Source: Pirellulales bacterium
GTDB taxonomy: Bacteria; Planctomycetota; Planctomycetia; Pirellulales; PALSA-1355
Length of the DNA: 64,000 bases
Direction of reading: 5' to 3'
Assembly (NCBI GenBank): GCA_022844125.1
Contig: JALHMI010000014.1
Coordinates: forward strand, 131,298-195,297
Under the pieces are notes generated by a model. That model made no database searches. It saw nothing but the letters and a program-made list of their open reading frames with translations, and was not told where the DNA came from. This document shows, in pieces, positions 8,081 to 16,852 of this stretch. Position numbers and translations under genes: made by a program. Each line of letters starts with the position of its first letter. The stretch's first letter is position 1.

Positions 8081-9106
8081 ATGGCATCCAAGAAACTACC
8101 CAAGGCGACCCGTAGCGATTCCGAGCGTCGCGTCCGGCAGGCCGACCGGCTGGCAAGGCTTTTCCGCGTTCTAGAACGCATCCAAGGGCGAGGTCGTTGG
8201 ACAGCTAAGGACCTGGCAGCAGATGAGGAATGTTCTGAGCGAACCATCTTCCGTACTCTGGAGTCACTCGAACTAGCCGGAGTGCCCTGGTATTTCGACG
8301 ATATCGACAAGTGCTACCGGGTCCGACCGGACTACCGATTTCCGACACTGAATTTATCGCCGCCTGAACTCGTTGATCAGGTGACGGCTTCTGCAATTGC
8401 AACCGCAGCCTCCGCCACACGCACTTCACTGGCAACGACTAAGAAGCTGAGGGCCGCAGCATCAGAAGACACGAGTCAATTGCTCAACGATGCGGAGACG
8501 CTGATTTCCATCCTCGGGCTGCAGATGGCGGAGCATGGAAAGCATCATGCGATGATTCAGACAGCACAACGTGCCCTGATCGATCGAACGCAGCTCACCG
8601 GTCGATACAAGAGTCCATATGATTCAAAAACCAAGCAACTGCGCCTGACGCCGTATCGACTTTGCCTGATCAAGCAGGCTTGGTACCTGATTGCGGTCCC
8701 CGCTGGGGCAACCGAGCCCCATACCTACCGAATCCCTCGGTTCAAGTCGCTTCGCCAAATCGAGGGATCGGCCCAGATTCCGGAAGATTTCGATTTGAAA
8801 GCATACTTCGGTGATGCCTGGGCAGTTTATCGGGGCGAGACGAAGTTCGACATCGAGATTCATTTCTCCAAGGAATCGGCGGACGTCGTGACGGAAACCA
8901 CCTGGCACCCGACACAGCGAATGGGCCGCAATCGCGACGGATCAGTACGTATGAAGTTCCGAGTGGATGGGCTGGAAGAGATCGTCCACTGGGTACTCGG
9001 TTGGTCGGGAAGTGCCAGAATTGTGAAGCCCGATGAGTTGCGCATCCTCGTTCTCGCACAGCTGAAGACGGCATACTCGCTGAATTTCGGTGATCGATCT
9101 CCATGA
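8081..9106 (+). CDS. HTH-WYL-WCX transcriptional regulator (BrxR/CapW/PafBC-like architecture)
   Basis: N-terminal wHTH (RLARLFRVLERIQGRGRWTAKDLAADEECSERTIFRTLESLELAGVP). Central WYL signature (LTPYRLCLIKQAWYLIAV). C-terminal extension (VHWVLGWSGSARIVKPDELR). Confidence 0.85.
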   Translation: MASKKLPKATRSDSERRVRQADRLARLFRVLERIQGRGRWTAKDLAADEECSERTIFRTLESLELAGVPWYFDDIDKCYRVRPDYRFPTLNLSPPELVDQVTASAIATAASATRTSLATTKKLRAAASEDTSQLLNDAETLISILGLQMAEHGKHHAMIQTAQRALIDRTQLTGRYKSPYDSKTKQLRLTPYRLCLIKQAWYLIAVPAGATEPHTYRIPRFKSLRQIEGSAQIPEDFDLKAYFGDAWAVYRGETKFDIEIHFSKESADVVTETTWHPTQRMGRNRDGSVRMKFRVDGLEEIVHWVLGWSGSARIVKPDELRILVLAQLKTAYSLNFGDRSP

Positions 9107-9483
9107 AGGCAAAGCGGCCGGAACAGCTACGTTGTTTGCTCGTTCAGCTGTGATCTTCATCCTTCTGTACCTCAGGAACGGGACGAGCTCTATTCGTGTG
9201 GCGGATGCCTGGCAATTCGGCAATGGGTCGATTGAATCTTGACTCGCCATGTGGTCGATCAAAGCCGACAAAGACTGTGCTCGTCATGGCGTAAACGAAT
9301 ACGCGTGCGGTTGCCGTGGGACCGCGCAGAAACCCGCAGCTCGTGACCAAATGACAATAGCGACGGTGGCTTCGAAGTACTCGAACGCGAACCGCATTAA
9401 GAACACGGAAGCGGAGGAGGTTGTTGTTTTTAAGAAGTCCTAGGCGGCTCGCCAGATCGTCCGAGGAGGCGCAGGAGCGGGGC

Positions 9484-9954
9484 ATGGCGGATCAAGTTGG
9501 ACCCGGACGGCCAGGCAAGCTCACAAACGCATTTCTCGTTGCTGCAAAGCAGGTGCTCGACGTCGGCGACGACGTTATAATCTGCACCGACGAAGAGCTG
9601 CTGATCCTGATTAACGAGAAGCTTCCTGAGGACGACCAGATCACACACCGGACGTTTGAAGCATGGAAGAAATTGGCTCAGGAAAGCGACGACCTTGACG
9701 AGAACTCCGTTCAATTTCTTCGGGTTATAAAAAGGCGTTGATTCGCGAGAAGAAATCGCTCTACTCACAGCTTCGTTCTGATGAGAAAGCCTGGCAGCGT
9801 TGGGCGTGGATCATCGAACGCAAATTCGACGAGTGGAAAGCGAAAGGTCGAGCAGGGCCTGACGTTCAAAAAAGACGGCGCCGCTGCATTGGCCGCGGCA
9901 ATTCTCGACGAAGGTGGAGCAAGCCTTGGGCAAGAAGAAGAAACCGAAGCCTAG
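9484..9954 (+). pseudogene. terminase small subunit-like gene interrupted by two opposite-sign single-nt frameshifts
   Basis: Frame 1, 9484-9741: MADQVGPGRPGKLT...FLRVIKRR*. Frame 3, 9738 to about 9846: LIREKKSLYSQLRSDEKAWQRWAWIIERKFDEWKAK. Frame 1, about 9847-9954: VEQGLTFKKDGAAALAAAIL...EA*. The GRPxKxT HTH start and the AWxxERK tail are typical of TerS proteins. Confidence 0.5.
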
Positions 9955-10675
9955 AAAGACCTTCATTGAAGGCATGGACTCGTATTGCGACGAGTACAAG
10001 TACTGGAAGAAGCGGACAGATATCATCAAGCGGCTCGTCGGCATCTTCGAAGTGTCGGAAGAAGTGTTCGGCCTGGAGCTGAAGAAGTTGGTTGTCGCAG
10101 TCGGTCTCGACGGTTATCAGCCGCTTTTCTACAACGCGGAACATGACAATACGATTCGCTCTGATGGCCCGATAAGCGGCACGGGCTGCGCCGTGGCACT
10201 GCGGAACGTTTACGGGAACGTTGTTCCGGCGGTGTTCGTTCGTGAAGGCGTGGCCTCAGTCGGCGAGGCGGATGAACAGCCCGGGGAGACACATCCACAG
10301 TTTGCGGACTCAATTCGCCTTTTGGTACTTTTCCATGAGCTTGGGCACGCCGACGACATATCGAAGGGTCTCAATTACGACCACGACAAGCTGATCATCG
10401 ATCTCGCTGCAGCCGAGGCCTATGCCCACGACTTCGTTTGTCGACAGTGTATGAAGAACAGCTATCCTTTGCTGATGTCTCAATACCTGGAGAATGTCGA
10501 GCGGATGGCCAAGTCAACAGTAGACGCAGAACGTGTGGGGGCCGAACGATTCTTGCAGTCTGGGGACTCCGACCGGTTCCGCGAATGGCTCAAGGAACGA
10601 CAGTCGAAAGAAGGTTTCGAGAGGTTTTTGCGTCAATCAGGCCGAGTGGATGAAATTCAGCGAAGGAACTCATAA
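9914..10675 (+). CDS. HExxH putative metallopeptidase-like protein
   Basis: LLVLFHELGHADDI (HExxH) in a 253-codon ORF. The start is either GTG 9914 or ATG 9974. No further family assignment. Confidence 0.5.
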   Translation: MEQALGKKKKPKPRKTFIEGMDSYCDEYKYWKKRTDIIKRLVGIFEVSEEVFGLELKKLVVAVGLDGYQPLFYNAEHDNTIRSDGPISGTGCAVALRNVYGNVVPAVFVREGVASVGEADEQPGETHPQFADSIRLLVLFHELGHADDISKGLNYDHDKLIIDLAAAEAYAHDFVCRQCMKNSYPLLMSQYLENVERMAKSTVDAERVGAERFLQSGDSDRFREWLKERQSKEGFERFLRQSGRVDEIQRRNS

Positions 10676-10677
10676 AC

Positions 10678-10917
10678 ATGAGCAAGCTTTTGTATTTCAA
10701 CGATGACGACGGAAAGTGGTACAAAGTGCCCCAGGACGTGTTGGAGCAAATGATTGGTGATGCTCGCGCTAAGGCGGGGAAGGCCCTTGCCGAATCTGGA
10801 GACGGGGAGAAGGCGCTGACCGTGTTTCAGGAAGAAATGAAAAACATCAATGTACTTCTGAAGATCTACAAAGGACGATTTGGCGATCCATATCCTGACG
10901 ATCCGGGGCAAGCGTAA
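10678..10917 (+). CDS. hypothetical small protein
   Basis: 79 codons. The ATG lies 2 nt after the upstream stop. Helical, charged composition. Confidence 0.5.
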   Translation: MSKLLYFNDDDGKWYKVPQDVLEQMIGDARAKAGKALAESGDGEKALTVFQEEMKNINVLLKIYKGRFGDPYPDDPGQA

Positions 10918-10982
10918 TCGCCATTTTTACAGCCGTGCGGTATCTCGGGGCACGTGAACGTCTCTTACGGAAGGAACTGGGG

Positions 10983-11564
10983 ATGGCAATGTTCGAGTTC
11001 ATATGCCCAAGATGTCACCGCGCATGCACGGTCGGGCCACTTGGAACCTGCCAGAATATTCTCGACAGTGGAAGGGCATGCGACTTTGAGTTTGCGATCG
11101 AGATGGAAGACGGTAATCGCACCTATAAAGTGAAGTATCTAAAACACACGAATCCCCCAGCCGGCATGCCTGCGGATGGTGCTTATTCGTGGGTGGCGAA
11201 TTCCGGCGAATACGCGATTAATCAGCAACACTTGCTGATGTCCGACTCGCTGTACTTGGACCCAAAAAACAACTATTTGTTCTTGTGGGCGACACCTAGC
11301 GGCGCCCAACCGATTGCTAAGGTGATATATGCCGATCAGGGCACCGTTCAGTCGGCAAGTGGCGTAATCATGCCGCTGAACTCGAAGCCCCAGAATCTTC
11401 ACCATCACTACGGCAATCACGAGCCATATTTTCAGAAAATCTCTGAGAGTTCAAATCTGCGCGTAGAACTACGGCAAGGCGGAAGTGGCGAATACCGCGT
11501 CTATGAAGGGAACACGTTAATCTATACGTACGATCCCGTCGCACAATCTGGTCGCCAAATTTGA
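10983..11564 (+). CDS. hypothetical protein with an N-terminal Zn-ribbon-like CxxC pair
   Basis: ATG at 10983 (MAMFEFICPRCHRACTVGPLGTC). The ORF track starts at GTG 10935. Confidence 0.5.
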   Translation: MAMFEFICPRCHRACTVGPLGTCQNILDSGRACDFEFAIEMEDGNRTYKVKYLKHTNPPAGMPADGAYSWVANSGEYAINQQHLLMSDSLYLDPKNNYLFLWATPSGAQPIAKVIYADQGTVQSASGVIMPLNSKPQNLHHHYGNHEPYFQKISESSNLRVELRQGGSGEYRVYEGNTLIYTYDPVAQSGRQI

Positions 11565-13086
11565 GGAAGGTCACCTATTATATGGCGGCCTGGCCTACAT
11601 CCGTGACCTCTCTCCGGCCCAGCGTGAACGCACGCTTAAAAAGACGCTCCGCGCCTTCGCGCTCTTCTGCAAGCAGAACTTCGACTTTGACCTGTACGAA
11701 TATCAGCGGGAGATAGCCGAGGCGTGCCTGTCCTCGCTTCTGGTCGAACCAACGGACGTCTTCATCAAGATCAGCCGCCAATCCGGGAAGACGGAAACCG
11801 TCACGCTCCTGCTGCGGTTCCTGATCATCTTCTACGCGTTGCTCGTCGGTGATCCGCTGATGGCGGGCATCGCCTCTCCGAAGGGAGAACAGGCAAAGAC
11901 CGACACCGATCGCATCAAGAAGTCCCTGACCGAACTTCGCGATTCGTGGCAGGTCGAGGATCGGGAGTTCAATGCGTACACGATCCGGGCGTATCGGTTC
12001 GATAAGCTCTCCGCAGAAATCTTCACGTTCTCGCTGGCGCCGTCAACGAACAACGAATCGAAGACGCTCAACCTGCTCGTCGTCGAAGAGGCACACAAGA
12101 CGGATGATCAGAAGCGCTCGGATCAACTGGATCCGATGTTGGCTTCCACAGGCGGCGTCCGATGGATGATCGGCGTCGGTTGCACGCGCGTGTGCGACTT
12201 TAAGAAGGGCTGTGACGGGGAACTGCCGCACAGCAAGCCCATTGTCTGCAACGTGGACCGCGTGATCGCGGATCGGCGGAAGAAGTTCGAAGAGACGGGC
12301 AATCCAAAGCATCTCGAATACGAGAAGGCGTTTCAGAAGCTCCTCCGCCAGTTCGGGCGAGAGAACCCCGAGATCAAGCGCAACTTCTACCTTGAAGACA
12401 CAATCGAGGCCGGGAACTTCGTCTCCCGTGAGCGACTGCTCTCCTGTGGTCGGCCGATGAGCAAGCCGATCAGGATGGATCGACTGGGCCTCGGAATCGA
12501 CTGGGCACGCCGGAGCGACAATACGTGGGCGTTCCTGTCGAACGAATACAACGATGTCGCGGACATGCTCAAAGTGCCGCATGTCCCCTACGAGCAGCAA
12601 TGCGAGATGATCGACGCCTGGTTGAAGGAGAAGCGGAAATGCCAGGTGTTGAAGGAGGACGGATCGGTAATCGAGGAGGAGTTCACGTATCTGGAGCGTA
12701 TTCTGGCCGTCCGCGGCGACTCCACGGGCGGTGCTGGCGATGCGCCGATGGAGATGCTGGCCGCCAAAACCGCTCTTCCGATCGACGAAGAGAGCCACTT
12801 CGTCTTCACGACCCAGTCAAAGAACACCCTGTACCTTCACTTTGAAGCGGCCCTGTTCCGCGATCCCGAGGACGAGCTGCGGTTCAGCTACCCCGCGGAT
12901 TATCCGCTGGCTGGCGAATTCGAGGAGCAGACGATCGCGCTCGAGCGTGAGTACGTGAAAGAAGGCGAGTACCTGAGCGTCCATCATCCCGATAAGCCAG
13001 ATGCAAGGGACGATGCGCCGGACGGCTGCGGTCTGTCACTCGTGGCGGCGAGCAACGCGGAGGTAGGGCAGATCATTGTGTTGTAG
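11521..13086 (+). CDS. terL: phage terminase large subunit (ATPase plus RNase H-like nuclease)
   Basis: Walker A ISRQSGKTE at 11773-11796. Walker B-like LLVVEEAHK. Nuclease-domain start LGLGIDWARRSDNTW. The frame is open from 11521, but the first ATG/GTG/TTG is TTG 11839, downstream of the P-loop. Confidence 0.8.
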   Translation, partial: SIRTIPSHNLVAKFEEGHLLYGGLAYIRDLSPAQRERTLKKTLRAFALFCKQNFDFDLYEYQREIAEACLSSLLVEPTDVFIKISRQSGKTETVTLLLRFLIIFYALLVGDPLMAGIASPKGEQAKTDTDRIKKSLTELRDSWQVEDREFNAYTIRAYRFDKLSAEIFTFSLAPSTNNESKTLNLLVVEEAHKTDDQKRSDQLDPMLASTGGVRWMIGVGCTRVCDFKKGCDGELPHSKPIVCNVDRVIADRRKKFEETGNPKHLEYEKAFQKLLRQFGRENPEIKRNFYLEDTIEAGNFVSRERLLSCGRPMSKPIRMDRLGLGIDWARRSDNTWAFLSNEYNDVADMLKVPHVPYEQQCEMIDAWLKEKRKCQVLKEDGSVIEEEFTYLERILAVRGDSTGGAGDAPMEMLAAKTALPIDEESHFVFTTQSKNTLYLHFEAALFRDPEDELRFSYPADYPLAGEFEEQTIALEREYVKEGEYLSVHHPDKPDARDDAPDGCGLSLVAASNAEVGQIIVL

Positions 13087-13259
13087 CAGCTTGCGTTTCC
13101 AAATGGTTCGCAAGGCAACTGCCACGTGTTGCCGTTTCCGTTCGGACCACGTGATTCGGCCACGCCCCTGCATGGATGAGGTGGCTTGTTTTGCGCGCTT
13201 GACCATTGGTAGGGAGTCGCGAGAATGATCACTTACACGTTATTCGAAGGGGGCATGCC

Positions 13260-14393
13260 ATGAGTGAGATGGGAGAGACGCTCTTAGCAATTGCAAACCA
13301 ATTGGAAGAAGTCGCGAAGAAACTGGAAACCTCAGAGGTTCAGTCGTCAATACAGCAACTAATGGAAGGCGTTACAAGAGCCACGAGTGCGTTCTGCGGC
13401 TCCTGGATTGGCTACCACTCGAGGGTGTACTACAACGGATTGAATCCGCCGCCCGCGGGCGCGACGTTTAATCCCGAGTATGGCCTGGTGCACATGAGCT
13501 ACAATCGCGGGACCGAGGGGGAATGGGTCGAGTTCCAATACGACGAGATATTTGGCGTTCTCAAAGGGCATACCGATGGGCTGAGCTTTGATGCCATGTC
13601 CGATATCGCCGAAGAGGTTCGCGCGGAAGCACAGCGACTTAGGGAGGAACTGCTCTCCTGTTTGACGGCCCTCAGCGCACAGTCAGATGACGAATATATC
13701 AAGCGGATGCTCAAGGAGGCGACAAGCACGACGCCCTTGAGCAGCTCCGACTTTATCGGTTACGTGCAGCCCAAGGGCTCTTTCTTTTCGCGCGATTCGA
13801 GAGCATACGCGGCCGGAATACAAGTGCCACCTCATATCAGCCTGGCGTCTCAGGTACAGACAATCACCGGGCAAATCGTCTTCGCAAACTCCCTCGCCTC
13901 AACAGCTCGTCACACTGCCTCGCATTTGAATAAGCGGAATGCGGCAAGTCGAGCCTTGAATGCAGTCGGGACCAAGGTCTTCATAGGGCATGGTCGCTCA
14001 CCACTGTGGCGCGATGTCAAAGACTTCGTGCAGGATCGATTGAATCTGGAATGGGATGAGTTCAACCGTGTTCCGGTTGCTGGCGTCACAAATATTGCCC
14101 GGCTCTCAGAGATGCTGAAGGACGCCGGGATCGCCCTGGTGATCATGACCGCAGAAGATGAGATGAAGGATGGAGTGGTTCGCGCAAGGGAGAATGTGGT
14201 CCACGAAGTTGGCCTCTTTCAAGGAAAACTAGGATTTACCAAAGCGATCGTTCTCCTCGAAGAAGGGTGCCAAGAGTTCTCGAACATCCAAGGGCTTGGC
14301 CAGATTCGTTTTCCGAAGGGGAACATCAAGGCTGTCTTTGAGGACATTCGGCTAGTGTTGGAACGAGAAGGAATGGTGGAGGAGGCTGACTAA
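13260..14393 (+). CDS. protein with a C-terminal TIR-like domain of the PF10137 (CAP12/PycTIR) type and an unknown N-terminal ~240-aa domain
   Basis: VFIGHGRSPLWRDVKDF...ALVIMTAEDEM...RARENVVHEVGLFQGKLGFTKAIVLLEEG...GLGQIRFP follows the family motif order. AAGGGGG RBS before ATG 13260. Confidence 0.75.
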   Translation: MSEMGETLLAIANQLEEVAKKLETSEVQSSIQQLMEGVTRATSAFCGSWIGYHSRVYYNGLNPPPAGATFNPEYGLVHMSYNRGTEGEWVEFQYDEIFGVLKGHTDGLSFDAMSDIAEEVRAEAQRLREELLSCLTALSAQSDDEYIKRMLKEATSTTPLSSSDFIGYVQPKGSFFSRDSRAYAAGIQVPPHISLASQVQTITGQIVFANSLASTARHTASHLNKRNAASRALNAVGTKVFIGHGRSPLWRDVKDFVQDRLNLEWDEFNRVPVAGVTNIARLSEMLKDAGIALVIMTAEDEMKDGVVRARENVVHEVGLFQGKLGFTKAIVLLEEGCQEFSNIQGLGQIRFPKGNIKAVFEDIRLVLEREGMVEEAD

Positions 14394-15892
14394 TGGCAAT
14401 CAAGGAGCAGGCAATGTACATGGTCGCCGTCTTCCCGTACTTGAGGACGAGCAACGTCGCGCGGTTCCGTGGCCTTGAGTTCCGGCCCTCAGACGACTTG
14501 GAGGGCCTAGGAGAAGACGAGAAAGCGGATGTCGAACAGATTCGAACGCTGTTCTACCTAAGGAATGGTTTTCGTTTGTCGAGCGTGACGTACGCGATGC
14601 TGCGCTTTAGCGATGACGAGGAGAAAGAAGATCGATTGCGGCGGCTGTCGGAGGCGCATCAACTGATCACATACCTGTACTCCGCGCCGGATCAAGTTCG
14701 CTGCGACGTGTTCCTTCATCAGGAGCACTCTGCCGTCTTTACTTTTGAGAAACATCCTGTGTGCACGTTGTTGGTACGGCCTGACGAACGTGTGGTTGTC
14801 GACGAAGGACAACCTCTACCGGAACCTGACCATAGGCACGAGATTCCTGGCTGGAACGTCACTCGTAACCTTCGGGAAACGTTCTATGGCGCTCCGGAGT
14901 TGCAAATCTATCCGACGCTTGGATGGATGGGCCTGAATCGAAGTCAGGATCTCTACTTGCACTTTATTGACGGACCGTTGTCAGGCAAGAACTGGCACGT
15001 AGTCGAGTTGCTCCGATCTTGGTATCCGCGGACACGTGGGCTCGATCGAGTAAAGGGTGGGATCTCTTGGTACAACCGGAGCGTATCGCAGATCGAAGAC
15101 CCCGACATGGAGATTGTCAGCTTGGCCGTTGCGTTTGAAAGCCTGCTAGGACTTGATCGGGCGAACAGGACAACCGATCGGTTTGTCGAATCAGTGCAAA
15201 CGCTGATCGGAAAAGAGGATCGCCTGGCACTATGGCTAAGACAGTTCTACAACGCACGATCTTCAGTCGTGCATACGGGCCAGCCTGAAGAGGTTATGTT
15301 TCTTCCCACTAAAGACGAGACGCCCTATCGGTCATTGGTTGATTATGGGCGACATATCTTCCGAGCTTGCGTCGAAACTGTGCTCCAAGGGGCGGCTATG
15401 GCCGACGCGATTGGGATCGTCGAGCTTCTGACGACCAATCGAGAACGCTTTGACAGTATTTGCAAGACGATGGCCGGGGCCGGCACTCCAGAATGGAGGC
15501 TCGCGGAAATTGCCCGAGACGTGGACGGTATCGAGCGCAACGAATACATCGTGGACAGATCGTTGAAGGTGGAGGTCCAGATGTGTGCCGTTCAGAAGGT
15601 TGCCGAGGCATACCTTGCGACGAACCCCGATGAACAGCAGGTCATACTAGACGCCTTGGCAAAAGTCGCAGCGATTAGAACCCGAGATGATCAGCTCAAA
15701 ACGTTGGGCGCAATCAAGGAACTGGATGATGCCTTCAAGAACGTCGGGCACGTTGAGGGGATTCGTTGGCCAAACATCCATTACACGGTCCGAAAGCTCG
15801 TGGAGACGGTTTGGAGGCGCTTTACCTTCGTCCACTGGCATCTTTTGGATGAGAAACGGAAGGCAGTGGAGAAAAGTGGCGGTAACGCATGA
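14393..15892 (+). CDS. HEPN-like protein (Rx4H motif), unknown N-terminal domain
   Basis: The start overlaps the upstream stop (TAATG). FYNARSSVVHTG gives R-x4-H in a helical C-terminal half, preceded by LAVAFESLLGLD. No other motif recognised. Confidence 0.6.
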   Translation: MAIKEQAMYMVAVFPYLRTSNVARFRGLEFRPSDDLEGLGEDEKADVEQIRTLFYLRNGFRLSSVTYAMLRFSDDEEKEDRLRRLSEAHQLITYLYSAPDQVRCDVFLHQEHSAVFTFEKHPVCTLLVRPDERVVVDEGQPLPEPDHRHEIPGWNVTRNLRETFYGAPELQIYPTLGWMGLNRSQDLYLHFIDGPLSGKNWHVVELLRSWYPRTRGLDRVKGGISWYNRSVSQIEDPDMEIVSLAVAFESLLGLDRANRTTDRFVESVQTLIGKEDRLALWLRQFYNARSSVVHTGQPEEVMFLPTKDETPYRSLVDYGRHIFRACVETVLQGAAMADAIGIVELLTTNRERFDSICKTMAGAGTPEWRLAEIARDVDGIERNEYIVDRSLKVEVQMCAVQKVAEAYLATNPDEQQVILDALAKVAAIRTRDDQLKTLGAIKELDDAFKNVGHVEGIRWPNIHYTVRKLVETVWRRFTFVHWHLLDEKRKAVEKSGGNA

Positions 15893-16097
15893 TTGTCAGT
15901 CGCTCGCGAAGATGCATGCGACCTTCGAAGGCGTGTGAACAAATGCAGCTCCTGCTGCACACGCTGGAAAAGTCGCTCGACCTGCCATCGTTCCAACCTC
16001 GCGCTGTTCATCGTCTCTCCTCCGCTTGACGATCTTAAACGTACCTGTTCAGTTGTCCAAATAGACGTATTCGCAAGTACAGGAGTGAGAGGGGACA

Positions 16098-16733
16098 ATG
16101 GGGGCTACACTCACTCAACAAATCGATGAGACGCTTGATCAGTTGGACAACGTTGAGTCCCTGTGCGATCTATTTTTTGGCAGAAGGCAATTTACAATTT
16201 ATAAGAACATCGCTGGATCGCTCCGCCTCTTGCTGACGGGCTCCAGTGGTCATGTCGGACTTGTGGAGACGGTACTTCCGGCTGGCGGCCTCTGGCGACT
16301 ACGGAAAATCCCCGACCCAATGACTCCTGCCGACATGCTCGTTCTTCCTGCCGCGGTTCTAGTCGAGAGTGGCGACGCCAAGGTGCGAGTAGGAAATGGA
16401 ACGGTGACCGTCAAAGAGCTTAACGTGAAAGGGGGGGCCGTTTCAGCGATGGACATCGGAGAGATGTTCGAGTCATCGTCTCCCGCACTACCGATTCGGG
16501 ACTGGCTACAGCAACCGTTTCTGCGCCCCACATGGACAATCAGGAGCTTCATCTCTGCCGTTGCGAACAAGGACGGTGGTGCGCACCTCGATCCCAACCC
16601 AACAATTGAAGCAATGCAGCGATGGGGACATCTGCACTGGCACTTAACGGCCGCATTGGCTCGCAGTGTTCTTCCGCAAGTCCGCGAACAACTGACGGCG
16701 ACGTATCCTAGCCACGTTCGTCCGGAGCGGTAG
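16098..16733 (+). CDS. hypothetical protein
   Basis: 211 codons with a purine-rich RBS. Only one notable motif: AVANKDGGAHLDPNP near the C-terminus. Confidence 0.6.
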   Translation: MGATLTQQIDETLDQLDNVESLCDLFFGRRQFTIYKNIAGSLRLLLTGSSGHVGLVETVLPAGGLWRLRKIPDPMTPADMLVLPAAVLVESGDAKVRVGNGTVTVKELNVKGGAVSAMDIGEMFESSSPALPIRDWLQQPFLRPTWTIRSFISAVANKDGGAHLDPNPTIEAMQRWGHLHWHLTAALARSVLPQVREQLTATYPSHVRPER

Positions 16734-16852
16734 GCACAAATCCGTCAAGCCAATGTGCTGCGTCCGCCCGATGACTGTTTTGCGCGTGCCAGTCATCGGA
16801 ACTTTCAACATCAAGATATAGACGCCGCGGAAACGTTACTGAAGGATGATAA

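Noticed and set aside
12043-12798. 251-codon minus-strand ORF opposite terL
   Set aside because: It is antisense to a frame that carries terminase motifs. Its translation is low-complexity and Arg/Leu-rich.
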